In this document: positions 19,808-30,047 of the stretch, one piece after another
Position numbering within the stretch: position 1 is the first letter of the stretch
How the letters are laid out: each line of letters starts with the position of its first letter
Virus record (IMG/VR): IMGVR_UViG_3300010389_000001
Coordinates: 1 to 64,000 of that record
Direction: 5' to 3' (one strand)
Length of the DNA: 64,000 bases
The notes under the pieces: model-generated
Databases searched by the model: none
Told to the model about the DNA's origin: nothing
What the model saw: the letters and a program-made list of their open reading frames with translations, nothing else
Program-made: the position numbers and the translations under genes

Positions 19808-20272
19808 AAAGTAAATAGTTTGCCCGGAGGCCACAATGTCTTATACCGCTATCGTTGCTCGCGGAGATAATTCTTCTTTTTTTGAGTCTTTTCAATTTGA
19901 AAGCTCGCATGATAGGGGCGAGGCTTTCAGCCATGCACGCCTATTGGTAGAGGTGAGGGGAAGTCTGAATGACAACCTAAAGCTTGTAGCCATTGTTCCG
20001 GGCCGACATGAAGCTTGGTCTAATCTAAAGTAATTTAGATAACCAAAAATATAACGAGCCATTACATGCTTCGGAGGCATTCCAAACCCTCCCGTCACTC
20101 CGAAGCATGTAATGGCTTTTGCTTTTTATTGTAAATATTTTGCCCGAAGAACTTTTTTTAAAAAAAGTTCTTGACTTTTATTTATTCGTTCTTATTTACC
20201 CTATTGGCGAGTCAAAATGACCGTCATAAACTCCGCACCTATACAGGGCGGAAGATCAAATAGGAGAAAAAA

Positions 20273-20743
20273 ATGAGATACAAGAAAAGAGCTTTATTTG
20301 AGCCGAGCAAAGCAGAAATTATTACGCCGTTTGACACGCTTATAAATCAAGTAATGAATGATGCTTTTCCGCAATTTAATAAATCATTTGGGGATGACTT
20401 CTTTGCCAAGGGAGCTTATCCGAAAGTAAATGTCTTGGATAAGAAAGATGCCGTGGTTATTGAGGCCGCTGTTCCCGGATTATCCGGAGATGATATTGAT
20501 TTAGAGTTAAAGGAAGATCTGCTCACAATCCGAGGAAAATCAAACCAAGCTGGCCATGGAGATGACGAGTTTGTGAGAAGAGAGATAAAAAGATCTTCTT
20601 TTCAAAGATCTTTTTCTCTCGGCCAAAATTTGGATTCGACAAAAATCTCGGCTTCTTGTTCTAATGGAATTCTAACCATCAGGATTTCAAAGATAGCCGA
20701 GGACAAGCGGCCCGAGGAAGCAAGAAAAATAAAAATTAAATAG
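20273..20743 (+). CDS. Small heat-shock protein (Hsp20/alpha-crystallin)
   Basis: YPKVNV, EAAVPG, FQRSFSL, NGILTIRI. Confidence 0.92.
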   Translation: MRYKKRALFEPSKAEIITPFDTLINQVMNDAFPQFNKSFGDDFFAKGAYPKVNVLDKKDAVVIEAAVPGLSGDDIDLELKEDLLTIRGKSNQAGHGDDEFVRREIKRSSFQRSFSLGQNLDSTKISASCSNGILTIRISKIAEDKRPEEARKIKIK

Positions 20744-20823
20744 CGTCCTTGGTATAATAGTTGAGGGAGCGATAATTCCGCTCGAATAACTAAGAACGAT
20801 TATTAAAATTCATAGGAGATAAT

Positions 20824-21003
20824 ATGAATCAGGTTCAGGAAAAATGGGAAGAGCTTAAGACTCTTGTTGCTTCTTTGGAGGCGGACGTTGAGAAGAATGC
20901 TGCTGGTAACGCTGCTGCCGGTCGACGCGCCCGCAAGGGTCTAAGAGAGCTAAAGACTCAGGCTGCAGATTTAGTTAAGCTAACTCTCGGCAAGGAGGCT
21001 TGA
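20824..21003 (+). CDS. Histone H1-like Hc1-type small protein (59 aa, not in ORF track)
   Basis: Manual translation MNQVQEKWEELKTLVASLEADVEKNAAGNAAAGRRARKGLRELKTQAADLVKLTLGKEA; GNxAAGxRARK motif; AGGAG RBS. Confidence 0.75.
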   Translation: MNQVQEKWEELKTLVASLEADVEKNAAGNAAAGRRARKGLRELKTQAADLVKLTLGKEA

Positions 21004-21007
21004 TCCA

Positions 21008-21556
21008 ATGAGGGCGATTATCTTTTTCTTAATTGCCCTTTTATCCATCGCTTGCACGTCAAGCGGCAGTTCAAGCGATGGCCCCAACCCCCTGCTTGTG
21101 GCCGCCCAATGCAGCCAAAAGCTTGGTTATCATCCTTGCAACTTTACGCTAAAAGATCAGCGAGATAAAAGAGTTTCTCTTTACGATTTTAGGGGAGAAC
21201 CTTTTATTCTTGACTTTAGCACAATGTGGTGCGGTCCATGTATGAATGCGGCCTCAGATGTTCAAATGGTTGCAAATAGATATGGAATTCATTATATAAC
21301 GGTCTTGCTTGAAGATAGATTCTTTATTGATCCAGATTTAGAAGATGCAAAGGCCTGGGCTGATGAATATGGTATCGATGAACCAGTCTTGCAGGGTTCT
21401 TCGGATATGGTTTTTCCTCACCCCGATCTTGGTTGGGAGGTTAATACCCTTCCTACATTTTATCTTATAAATGAAGAGATGAAGCTTGTAGGGATCCAAG
21501 AGGGTTATAACCAAAGGGTTATTGATTCAAGCATTGAATGGCTGCTCGCGCAATAA
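21008..21556 (+). CDS. TlpA-like thioredoxin-fold lipoprotein
   Basis: Lipobox LSIAC; FTLKDQ, LDFSTMWCGPC, LPTFYLIN. Confidence 0.85.
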   Translation: MRAIIFFLIALLSIACTSSGSSSDGPNPLLVAAQCSQKLGYHPCNFTLKDQRDKRVSLYDFRGEPFILDFSTMWCGPCMNAASDVQMVANRYGIHYITVLLEDRFFIDPDLEDAKAWADEYGIDEPVLQGSSDMVFPHPDLGWEVNTLPTFYLINEEMKLVGIQEGYNQRVIDSSIEWLLAQ

Positions 21557-22453
21557 ATTTACATAATAAAATAAAGGAAGGCCAGAGGGTGGTGAATCCC
21601 TCTGGCCTTGATGCAGGAGGTTGGGGTTATTTTTTCGAGCCTTCCCCTTGCTCGGAGGGTCCGTGCCCCTCGCCGGATCTATAACCGGGCCAGGATAAGG
21701 GGGAAATTTTTGGATCCCCGAATGCCGGGCATCGGGCAAAATGTTTACAGAGCGATCTAAAAACTTTTCTTTTTTTCTTGCACCATATCCAGGCCCGGTT
21801 ATATGGAGGTGCAGGGCGGATAAAGCCCTATGAAGCAGGAGGCAGGTCATGGTGACGGTAGCATACAATGGCGATAATTACTACTTTTCCAACGGAAGCT
21901 GGTATGGTTTGAGTCGCGGTAATCGTCGTAATTGTTCTGGCTTCTATCCCGGAGATAACACAAAGGCTCCGCTTTGCGTTTTCCCTGATTTGCGGAAAGT
22001 TGCCATAGAACAAGGTGTTAGCCCTGCTTTGCTTCAGCGTTCTGCACAATCTGATCTAACTGAAGATGATTCGACCGATGAGGCTCCAAAGTCTAGAAAG
22101 ACTCGTCAATCCCGAGCCAAGAAGAACTCTAACTCTATCTCTATCTTTTGAGAGGTGAATTATGATCTCGACAATGACCGAAGAAGAATTGGAGGCAGCT
22201 TTGCAGCAGTTTTTTGCGGACGGAGGTGAGGTTATTCAGCTTCGAGAAGCAACTAAGAGGGACCAGGAAAAGGCGGCTCGTCGCGCTTATCATGAGGATA
22301 AGGCTCTGTGCGGAAATCAGCGAAGCATTGAGATTGTTGAAAGAGAAAGAAAGAAGGAAGCTTCCTTTATCTTTTCTCGGACAGAGCGTGAGCGCGTAAA
22401 CTAATTTGTGCGCCCGCGTGTGGAAAAAGCACGCGGGCCTTGTGAGGGCGGTT

Positions 22454-23041
22454 ATGCCTAACTGGTGTTCTAACACAATGCGGGTAACCGGGCCAAAAGA
22501 AATTTTGGAAGCCTTTGTTCAAAGGGCTAATGGTCCCACTTCATCTTATAATAGTTTTAATGGAGAAAGCTGGGATGCTTTTGATGATGTAAGAATCTCC
22601 GCCATTGTTTCTGGCATGCCGGAGCCTGGTGAGGTATCTGAACTTTCTTTTCATGCTCTGCATCCCGTTCCTGAGCAAATTCAGAAACTTGGTTTCGATG
22701 ATGGAGTTGCCCTAAAAGCAGCTAAAATTGCAGGTGTTGAGTATCCCGGTATGGGCGGCTATGGTTGGCAGTCTGTAAATTGGGGAACGAAATGGGAAGC
22801 CTCCATTGGTTATTGTCAAGCTACTGATAACGAAGCCTTTTATGATTTTGATACAGCTTGGTCTCCACCTATCGCTCTTTATGAGCATATTGCCGCAGAA
22901 TGGCCGCAGCTTACCTTCCATGTGACATGGAGAGAAGAAGGCATGGCATTTGAAGGCGAAGCGGAATATGCCGAAGGTGATGTAGTCTTTTTTGAAGAAA
23001 ATCAAATCGAATGGACCGATGAGGAAGAATACGATGAATAA
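22454..23041 (+). CDS. DUF1281/YubB ferredoxin-like phage protein
   Basis: MPNWCSN, NWGTKW, FDTAWSPP. Confidence 0.8.
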   Translation: MPNWCSNTMRVTGPKEILEAFVQRANGPTSSYNSFNGESWDAFDDVRISAIVSGMPEPGEVSELSFHALHPVPEQIQKLGFDDGVALKAAKIAGVEYPGMGGYGWQSVNWGTKWEASIGYCQATDNEAFYDFDTAWSPPIALYEHIAAEWPQLTFHVTWREEGMAFEGEAEYAEGDVVFFEENQIEWTDEEEYDE

Positions 23042-23813
23042 AGATAACTTTGAAGAATTTATCCTAAAGAAAGCAAGGGAAGAGCCCGAGTTTGCAAATC
23101 AAAACATGGCTCTCCTGAACATGTATAAGAAAGGGCTTGTTGAAGTTTCTTGGAATGAATCTCTTGGAGATTATGATATTCGAGCAACCGTTCTGGGGCA
23201 AGAGTTTTATTACTCTAGTCTGGCGGAAGCATTCGTTCCCGCTGAAGCATAAAAGAACACGCACACACGAGGTATAAAAATGAGCAACCAAAACAATCGT
23301 CATATTTGTTACTTTTACCATCGCACTCCCCGTTATAATGTAACGGTAGCTTATCAGCGCGGAGAGGATAACTCGCTGACTTACGGGGCCGCTTTCTGCC
23401 GGCCAGAAGATCAATTTGTAAAGCGGCGGGGCCGGCAAATCGCACTTGGACGCATGCACACTCAAGAGCATGAGCTAATCGCAGGACCCGCACGCTGGGA
23501 AGCTCATGAGGCTATTCTTACGGATCTTTTGCTAAATCGTGAAGTAGATTGGGTTCCCCATAACTTTCGATCTTAAAAAAAGTTGCACCTTATCCGATCC
23601 GGGTTATAGGTAAGCGTGAGCAGCCAAAAAGGTTGCCAGGGTCCGCCCCCTCCCTTATAATGGGGGCAACCTGGGGGACCGGGGTTGGTCTTTTAATAGC
23701 AATTAAAATAAGTTATAGGTATCTGTGGACGGACCACCTCTGCGTGGTTAAGATGATTTTATAGAAAAAGGTGAAGCGGTTAGCTCAAATACCGCTCATC
23801 GAATAAACTTTAA

Positions 23814-23892
23814 GCGCCCGTGGCCAAATTGGATTAAGGCATTGGATTTCTACTCCAACGATTTGCAGGTTCGAGTCCTGCCGGGCGTGCCA
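23814..23892 (+). tRNA. tRNA-Arg (UCU)
   Basis: Cloverleaf; anticodon arm TTGGA-TTTCTAC-TCCAA; GGTTCGAGTCC; encoded CCA. Confidence 0.9.
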
Positions 23893-24684
23893 TTTTACAA
23901 TAAACTTTAACACTTGGGGCTGTTATCGACGGATAACAGAGTCGGTTGAGGGGTCAGAAGCTCGTAACAAACATTACAATGTTGAGCCTGCACACGCAAT
24001 AGTACATGTAAGAAGAGAAGGTAGCACGGGCTGTGCAATGCTGCTTTCGCCTGACCGTTCTGACCCTCAACCTCCCCTTTCCCTTTTTAATCATGGAGAT
24101 GCGCTATGAGTCTAACCGAAATTCTTGGTCTTCTCTGGGGTATTTACATTCTTTATCATTATTCTAGAAAAGCCCAGCGGCTTGATTCTGCAATCTCTCG
24201 AAGAGATGCTGCTTACCTTTGCATCTCTCTGGCTTTTCTGCTAATGATCTTTTAATAGATTATTGGAGAGAAATCAATGCCATTTACTTTTACAAAAAAG
24301 GATTTCGTTGTAGTCTTTGCCGGTTTAATTAACGCCCTGGTCTTCGCGGCCTTTCTTTTAATCATAGTTGACTATCCAGTTGCTATGGAGTCTTTTTCCA
24401 AAGCCTTTATGGGCGTCGGCTGGACAACCACTATGATGGCCTCTTTTTTTGCCACCTATCTTGTTTGTCATAAGCTGATGTTGAGTGACGGAGGTAACGA
24501 TGACCGAGGTAACCATTCGGCTTGAGTTTATCGAAAACTATAAAGATCCCGAGGAACTTCGCGACGTTGTTTATTGGTATCTAAAGGAATTGATTGAAGA
24601 TAACTCCCTCAACTTCTCTGTTGAGAACTCCAGAGAAGAAGAGGAAGAAGAAATTGTTGGCCATCCAGTCTGACGAGGGTTTCT

Positions 24685-25356
24685 ATGGGCGCGCATGATT
24701 ATACAGTTACTTATCGTTTTTACGAAAAAGATAAGGTCAAAAGCGCGTGGGCACGGCTTTGCGAAGAAGATGCCTATGACTCTGGTTCTGGCGCTTATGC
24801 TGGAAATGCCACGACTATGGGCGGAGCCATTCAATTCTATGATAAAGCCTTTGGCTCTGAAGCCGAGGCTTATCATTGGGTAATGGACAATCACCGGAAG
24901 TGGGGTAGCCCATACGCTTGCTCTTTTTACCTTCCGAAAGAAAACTCTGCTGCAAAGCAAAGGCGAATTGATAATGCTAAGGCAAAGCTGAGGGAAGAGG
25001 AAAAGAAGAAGGTTGATTTTGTAAATGCAGAAATTGATGCTTTCTCGCAAAGAAGTTCGCAGCTCGTTGGGTGTAGTTGTTGCGGCTCAAAGCTGAACAG
25101 AAAGCTGCTGAACAATGCGAGATTTATGTCGCGAGGAAGCCAATCAGTCTATTCTACAGGAAATCATTATACCTCTTATGGCAGGTTGCCACAATGCCCT
25201 CTTTGCTCTGAATCTCTTTTGAGCAAAACTGTAAATAACAAATTGGAGAGGCTAGACAAGAGGGTTGAGAGAGCCAAGGCTCTTTTGGAGGAAGCTCAAA
25301 AGCCTTCTCCATCAAAAGAAATCGGTTGGGTTGTTGGCGGCTGGGCTGCCAATTAG
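24685..25356 (+). CDS. Zinc-finger-containing hypothetical protein
   Basis: CSCCGSK and CPLC. Confidence 0.6.
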   Translation: MGAHDYTVTYRFYEKDKVKSAWARLCEEDAYDSGSGAYAGNATTMGGAIQFYDKAFGSEAEAYHWVMDNHRKWGSPYACSFYLPKENSAAKQRRIDNAKAKLREEEKKKVDFVNAEIDAFSQRSSQLVGCSCCGSKLNRKLLNNARFMSRGSQSVYSTGNHYTSYGRLPQCPLCSESLLSKTVNNKLERLDKRVERAKALLEEAQKPSPSKEIGWVVGGWAAN

Positions 25357-26075
25357 GAGGGTAAAATGCGCGCAACTATTGCAACAAGAAGCGGAAATAA
25401 AGCAACGGGCGATTGCCCTCTTTGTTCAACCGAGGTAAGCGTAAGCCTCGTTGATAGAAATCATAGCTGCAATAATTGCGGGCTTCCATTTGGCGTTAAG
25501 CCTTATTTGAATGGATTCCTTTTTGTTCTAAAGCCTACTTGGGATCCTAATCAGCCGCCCTCTGGAAAGACTATCTCGATTGAAGAGTGGGAGGGTTACT
25601 GATATGTCTCAAAGGCTTCCAAAAAAGATTCTTATCGCAAAGCATGCCCTTGACTCTCAGAACATCAGCGATGAAACAAGAGCCTTTTATAAAGGCCTGA
25701 TTGCTGGATGGGAGTCTGCAAGACCTAAGCCGGAACCCCAAATCTCTCCGGCCCTGAGAAAGACGATGGCCTTTGTTCTTGGGAAAGAAGAGGGCGCTCA
25801 ACTATGCGGAGAAGCTCAAAAAAAGGCTGACCCTAATCCTGATTCGGATAGAATGTATCAGATTTATTCGAAAAATGAATGGGAGGCTTGGGGCTTTAAT
25901 TCTTTTCGGGATTATTGCTGCTGGCTCGGTCGGACAAACGATTAGTCCTCCCGCCCCGCCGGGGCAAATCATTTACTTAGTTCGAAACGCCTTGTTAAAA
26001 AAAGTTGCACCATATCCCAGGCGGGTTATAGGTAAGTGCAGGGAGGAAAGCGGTTAAGCCGGGATGATGGAATAC

Positions 26076-26160
26076 GGGGCTGTGTCGGAATGGTAGACGA
26101 TGAGGATTTAAAATCCTTTGAGCATAGCTCGTGTGGGTTCGAGTCCCACCAGCCCTACCA
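26076..26160 (+). tRNA. tRNA-Leu (UAA)
   Basis: Class II cloverleaf with long variable arm, loop TTTAAAA, encoded CCA. Confidence 0.9.
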
Positions 26161-26189
26161 TTAAAGCTGATGGCAATCCCGAGCTAAAG

Positions 26190-26660
26190 TTAAGAGTAAG
26201 CGCCCTTATTCTTTCCAGCATGGTTAGGAGATTGGGCGTGACAGTTGGGGCAAACAATTCTAAGATTCGTCAAAGAGTTGTTTAAATGATGTCCGTCAAT
26301 GTGATCGAGTTCAAGCGGGATAGGCTTGCCGTTCCACTTATCAAGGTTGCAGACAGAACATTTAGCCTCAAAGTATCCTTCCTTAAGCAAGCGCAGACGC
26401 AAGCGATGGGAGTTAATAGGATGCTTGTTGGATAGGTATTCAGAAAGCTCTCTCTTGGGAGTATACTTGTTGCCTTTGTTCCAGCCCTGTCCTTTGAAGT
26501 GAGAAGTGTCCACATTCCAGTCTTTAACTGCACTGTGAAATGCTCGATAGGCTCCACCGCCTTTAGAGTTTAATCCCAGGCAGATTAGGGTTTGGCGAAT
26601 AGAGTGAGAGTTTGCTACGGCTTTCTTAAACTCTTCTTCGGTAAATTTTCGATTCTTCAT
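26190..26660 (-). CDS. HNH homing endonuclease, antisense within the intron remnant
   Basis: CSVC...LELDHIDG..LNNSLTNLRIVCPNCHAQ; AAGGAG RBS. Confidence 0.9.
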   Translation of the reverse strand: MKNRKFTEEEFKKAVANSHSIRQTLICLGLNSKGGGAYRAFHSAVKDWNVDTSHFKGQGWNKGNKYTPKRELSEYLSNKHPINSHRLRLRLLKEGYFEAKCSVCNLDKWNGKPIPLELDHIDGHHLNNSLTNLRIVCPNCHAQSPNHAGKNKGAYS

Positions 26661-26895
26661 TTGATACTCCTTTTGAAGTTTGGAGACTTAATGGTTGCTG
26701 CCTACGTGCTTGGACGCATAAGGTAAAGAGAAAGTCCAGACCATCAAAGCCTATACCGGATACGAAAGTATTAGTAGGGGTAGCAGCGAAAGCTGTAGTG
26801 GTAAGCAAAATCCCCCGGCTCCCGGTACCACCTTTTAAATTTTATTGCATCATATCCCAGGCGGGTTATAGGTAGGTGCGGGGAGGGTCGAGCGA

Positions 26896-27270
26896 ATGAA
26901 GGTAAGCAATAACATTGTTGAGCTTGCTATCTGTCAGGCCCGCAAGTCTCCAATGCAATATCGGCATGGAGCGGTTCTTTGGAAGGATAATAAGATTCTT
27001 CAGACAGGCTATAACTTTCCGGTTGTAATGCCAAGGGCGAATACAAAGCAATTTTCTATTCATGCAGAGAGAGACTGCCTAAAGGGTTTGCGGGCAGATC
27101 AGATTTACGGATCCTCTTTGCTTTCAGTAAGAATTACTCTTAAAAAGGAATGGCTAACTTCTTCTAGGCCCTGCAAGGGTTGTATGTCTCTTCTGCGAAG
27201 AAAGGGCGTAAATAAAGTTTATTGGTTTGATTCGGAGGGAAACCTCAACAGAGCCTACCTCCAAAAATAA
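26896..27270 (+). CDS. Cytidine/dCMP deaminase-superfamily protein
   Basis: HGAVL, SIHAE, SRPCKGC zinc motif. Confidence 0.85.
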   Translation: MKVSNNIVELAICQARKSPMQYRHGAVLWKDNKILQTGYNFPVVMPRANTKQFSIHAERDCLKGLRADQIYGSSLLSVRITLKKEWLTSSRPCKGCMSLLRRKGVNKVYWFDSEGNLNRAYLQK

Positions 27271-27504
27271 TCAAAAAAATTTGGTGGACTTTTCGGGTCC
27301 GCTGGTTAAGCTGGATGGGCGAGGGGGATTCGATGAAGAAAAGTCTTGAACCGCTTAAGGAAGCATTAGTTGATTTCCTCCATGATCCATTGGGACATTT
27401 TTTAGCGGCATCAGTTTGGATTGTTGTCTTTATTATGGGATGGCTAATCTTTCGAACGATTGCTACTCGCGCACTTCAGATTATTGGAGTAATTTAATTT
27501 TTAT

Positions 27505-27582
27505 GGGGAGATAGCTCAATCTGGTCAGAGCATTCGGCTCATACCCGAACGGTTCTGGGTTCAAATCCCAGTCTCCCTACCA
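27505..27582 (+). tRNA. tRNA with CAU anticodon (Met or Ile2)
   Basis: Cloverleaf; TTCGG-CTCATAC-CCGAA; encoded CCA. Confidence 0.9.
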
Positions 27583-27585
27583 TCT

Positions 27586-27809
27586 TGGGTGCTAACAGCA
27601 ACTTATTATTTGAAGCACAACAAAATGCACCCAGCTTACCAAGGGTAGTTTCAGCAACCTCATATCTTAAGAGGGGCGCGCATTCGTGTGTGCCAATCCA
27701 GTCGGGAAGGCATACTGGCTAATAAATGGTGCCTAAACCCTACCCTGTTTTTTCTTTCATAGGATGCTAACAGCAATCTATACTTACCATTAATTAAGTA
27801 AATGCATCC
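27586..27809 (+). ncRNA. Three tandem stem-loops with a conserved CAGCAA (candidate RNA motif)
   Basis: GGGTGC/GCACCC, GGGTAG/CTACCC and GGATGC/GCATCC stems, each followed 3 nt later by CAGCAA. Confidence 0.55.
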
Positions 27810-27821
27810 AGGAGTAAGAAG

Positions 27822-29270
27822 ATGAATCCGATTGTCCAGTCTATGATGAATGCCTCCACCACTCTCAACGGTGGGGCAACAAACCTTTCTTCCAACAATC
27901 CCGTTGTTGATTTGTTTTTTCAGATCGGCGCTATGCGCGCGTGGTCGGAAGAGGCTATCATCCAGGCGTTTGAGCGTGCCTTCGCGTACAATCAAGCTCA
28001 AGCTCTAAAGGTTCTTTTCTGGGCGCGTGATATTCGCCAGGGCTCCGGTGAGCGCCGCACTTTCCGGGTTGTCTGCCGGCATCTCGCCCAGAATCATACC
28101 GAACTAATGAACGGCCTTATGCGGCTTATTCCCGAGTATGGCCGATGGGATGATTTGCTTTGCTTCATCAATCCAGAGGCCGAGAAGGCTCCATGTGAGG
28201 AGCAGGCTCTCTTTCTCATTGCTGATGCGCTTTACTCCGGTAACGCCCTGGCCGCGAAGTGGTGCCCGCGTGAACGCTCGTCTAAGCGCGCTCTCGCACG
28301 CAAGATTCGTAAGCATATGAGGCTATGTCCAAGGGAATACCGAAAGCTCCTTAGCTCTACGACTAAGGTTGTTGAGTCGCAGATGTGCGCGGGTGAATGG
28401 GATTCCATTAACTATGGGCATGTGCCTTCGCAGGCTATGTCTATTTATAAGAATGCCTTTGGTCGCCACTCCGAAGAGCGCTGGGCCGAATATCTAAAGG
28501 GACTTGCAAGCGGAACCGAAAAGGTTAATGCTGGAGCCATTTACCCGCATGAGATTATCGGAAAGTATATTTCCCAATATGAAAAGCGTCAGATCCCCGC
28601 TGTTTCGGAAGCTCAGTGGGCTGCTATGCCGAACTGGATGGAGAATAATCCTTACCGGATTCTGCCTGTTGTAGATACTTCTGGGTCAATGTATGGCAGC
28701 TACGCCGAATCCTCTTCCCTAAAGCCCATTCAAGTCTCTGTTGCTCTTGGTCTTTACATTGCTGAGCGTAACGAAGGTCCTTTCAAGGATTGCTTTGTTA
28801 CATTCTCTGAGAATCCGGCAATGCAATATGTGTATGGCGATAACCTAACGGACCGTGTAAATTCGGTATCGTCTGCCGATTGGGGCATGAATACAGATCT
28901 TTACCGCACTTTTGATGCTATCTTGAGCCATGCTCAGCGTGTACGCGCAGCGCATTATGACATGCCAAATGTTGTGCTCATTCTTTCGGATATGGAATTC
29001 GATGTGGGCGTGAGTGTAAACAAGACTGCCATGGAGCAAGCTCGGGAGCTATGGGCTCGTTCGGGCTATGAGTTTCCAAAGATTGTTTTCTGGAACCTCA
29101 ATGCGCGAGGAGGCAATGTTCCGGTTCTCTTCCGCGAAGATGGAACCGCTCTCGTCTCTGGCTTCTCCCCGGCAATTATGAAGTCTCTTCTTTCTGGAGA
29201 GAACTTTACTCCCGAAGGGATTATGCTTCAAACAATTGAGGGAGAGCGATACTCTCAAGTTTCTCTATAA
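27822..29270 (+). CDS. TROVE/Ro60-like protein with vWA domain (DUF2828-like)
   Basis: LFWARDIRQGSGER, EYGRWDDL, AAKWCPR, MIDAS-like VVDTSGSM, ILSDMEFD, IVFWNL, LVSGFSP. Confidence 0.85.
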   Translation: MNPIVQSMMNASTTLNGGATNLSSNNPVVDLFFQIGAMRAWSEEAIIQAFERAFAYNQAQALKVLFWARDIRQGSGERRTFRVVCRHLAQNHTELMNGLMRLIPEYGRWDDLLCFINPEAEKAPCEEQALFLIADALYSGNALAAKWCPRERSSKRALARKIRKHMRLCPREYRKLLSSTTKVVESQMCAGEWDSINYGHVPSQAMSIYKNAFGRHSEERWAEYLKGLASGTEKVNAGAIYPHEIIGKYISQYEKRQIPAVSEAQWAAMPNWMENNPYRILPVVDTSGSMYGSYAESSSLKPIQVSVALGLYIAERNEGPFKDCFVTFSENPAMQYVYGDNLTDRVNSVSSADWGMNTDLYRTFDAILSHAQRVRAAHYDMPNVVLILSDMEFDVGVSVNKTAMEQARELWARSGYEFPKIVFWNLNARGGNVPVLFREDGTALVSGFSPAIMKSLLSGENFTPEGIMLQTIEGERYSQVSL

Positions 29271-29347
29271 AAAGATGCCAAGTCCTCCCGGGTGGCTATA
29301 GGGTTAATTGCACCCATCCACCGCCGGATTTTTCAAAAGGAGTTAAA

Positions 29348-29881
29348 ATGACCGCCGTTGATAATAAAGCTTGGTATGCTGTTCGAGTTCTTTCCGGAAC
29401 CGAGAATAAAGTAAAGTCCGCCATTTCTGTTGCGGCTGGACTAAAGGGTTTGGATAATCTCTTTGATGATATTCTTGTGGTTAATAAGGTCATTAAAACA
29501 TCGAAGAACAAGGAAACTACCGTAAATCTATATCCCGGATATATCTTTGTTAATGCTGACCTCAACAGCGAGGCAAGGCATGTTGTTTCTTCGACGAGAG
29601 GCGTTGTTGGGTTTGTTGGAAACCGAAGGAACCCTCCTCCAATGTCTCAGGCTGAAGTTGCGCGACTTCTAAAGGACGTTGGGATTCCAGATAGCAGCAA
29701 GCCGGCTGTTCCCACTTCTCTTTTCTCCGAAGGAGATTATGTCCGCGTCATTGGAACTGGGCTAGAGGGCCATGTAAAGAGACTTTCTAGCTCTGGAGAA
29801 AAGCTTGTTGTTACAACAAATCTTTTCGATCGCCCCGTGGATACCGAAGTTTCTCCGGACCAGATTCAGAAGATTTCATAG
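29348..29881 (+). CDS. nusG: Transcription elongation/antitermination factor NusG
   Basis: WYAVRVLSGTENKV, LYPGYIFV, GVVGFVG, C-terminal KOW. Confidence 0.9.
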   Translation: MTAVDNKAWYAVRVLSGTENKVKSAISVAAGLKGLDNLFDDILVVNKVIKTSKNKETTVNLYPGYIFVNADLNSEARHVVSSTRGVVGFVGNRRNPPPMSQAEVARLLKDVGIPDSSKPAVPTSLFSEGDYVRVIGTGLEGHVKRLSSSGEKLVVTTNLFDRPVDTEVSPDQIQKIS

Positions 29882-29974
29882 TTCTTTTAAAAAAGTTGCA
29901 CCATATCCCAGTCCGGTTATAGGTAGGTAGGGAGCGGGGCGTCAGATAAAACAATTTTTCATTCCGTATCCTTC

Positions 29975-30047
29975 GGGCCTATAGCTCAATTGGCAGAGCA
30001 CCGGACTCTTAATCTGTAGGTTCCAGGTTCAAGCCCTGGTGGGCCCA
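29975..30047 (+). tRNA. tRNA-Lys (CUU), CCA not encoded
   Basis: Cloverleaf; loop CTCTTAA; GGTTCAAGCCC. Confidence 0.85.

Larger units (their letters stand above)
26058..26830 (+). pseudogene. Decayed group I intron-containing tRNA-Leu(CAA) enclosing an intact tRNA and an HNH gene
   Basis: 5' GCCGGGATGATGGAAT (26058) pairs with 3' TCCCGGT-A-CCA (ends 26830); intron-core words shared with the Asn intron; intron end GTGGTAAG followed by CAAAATCC; T arm missing. Confidence 0.65.
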
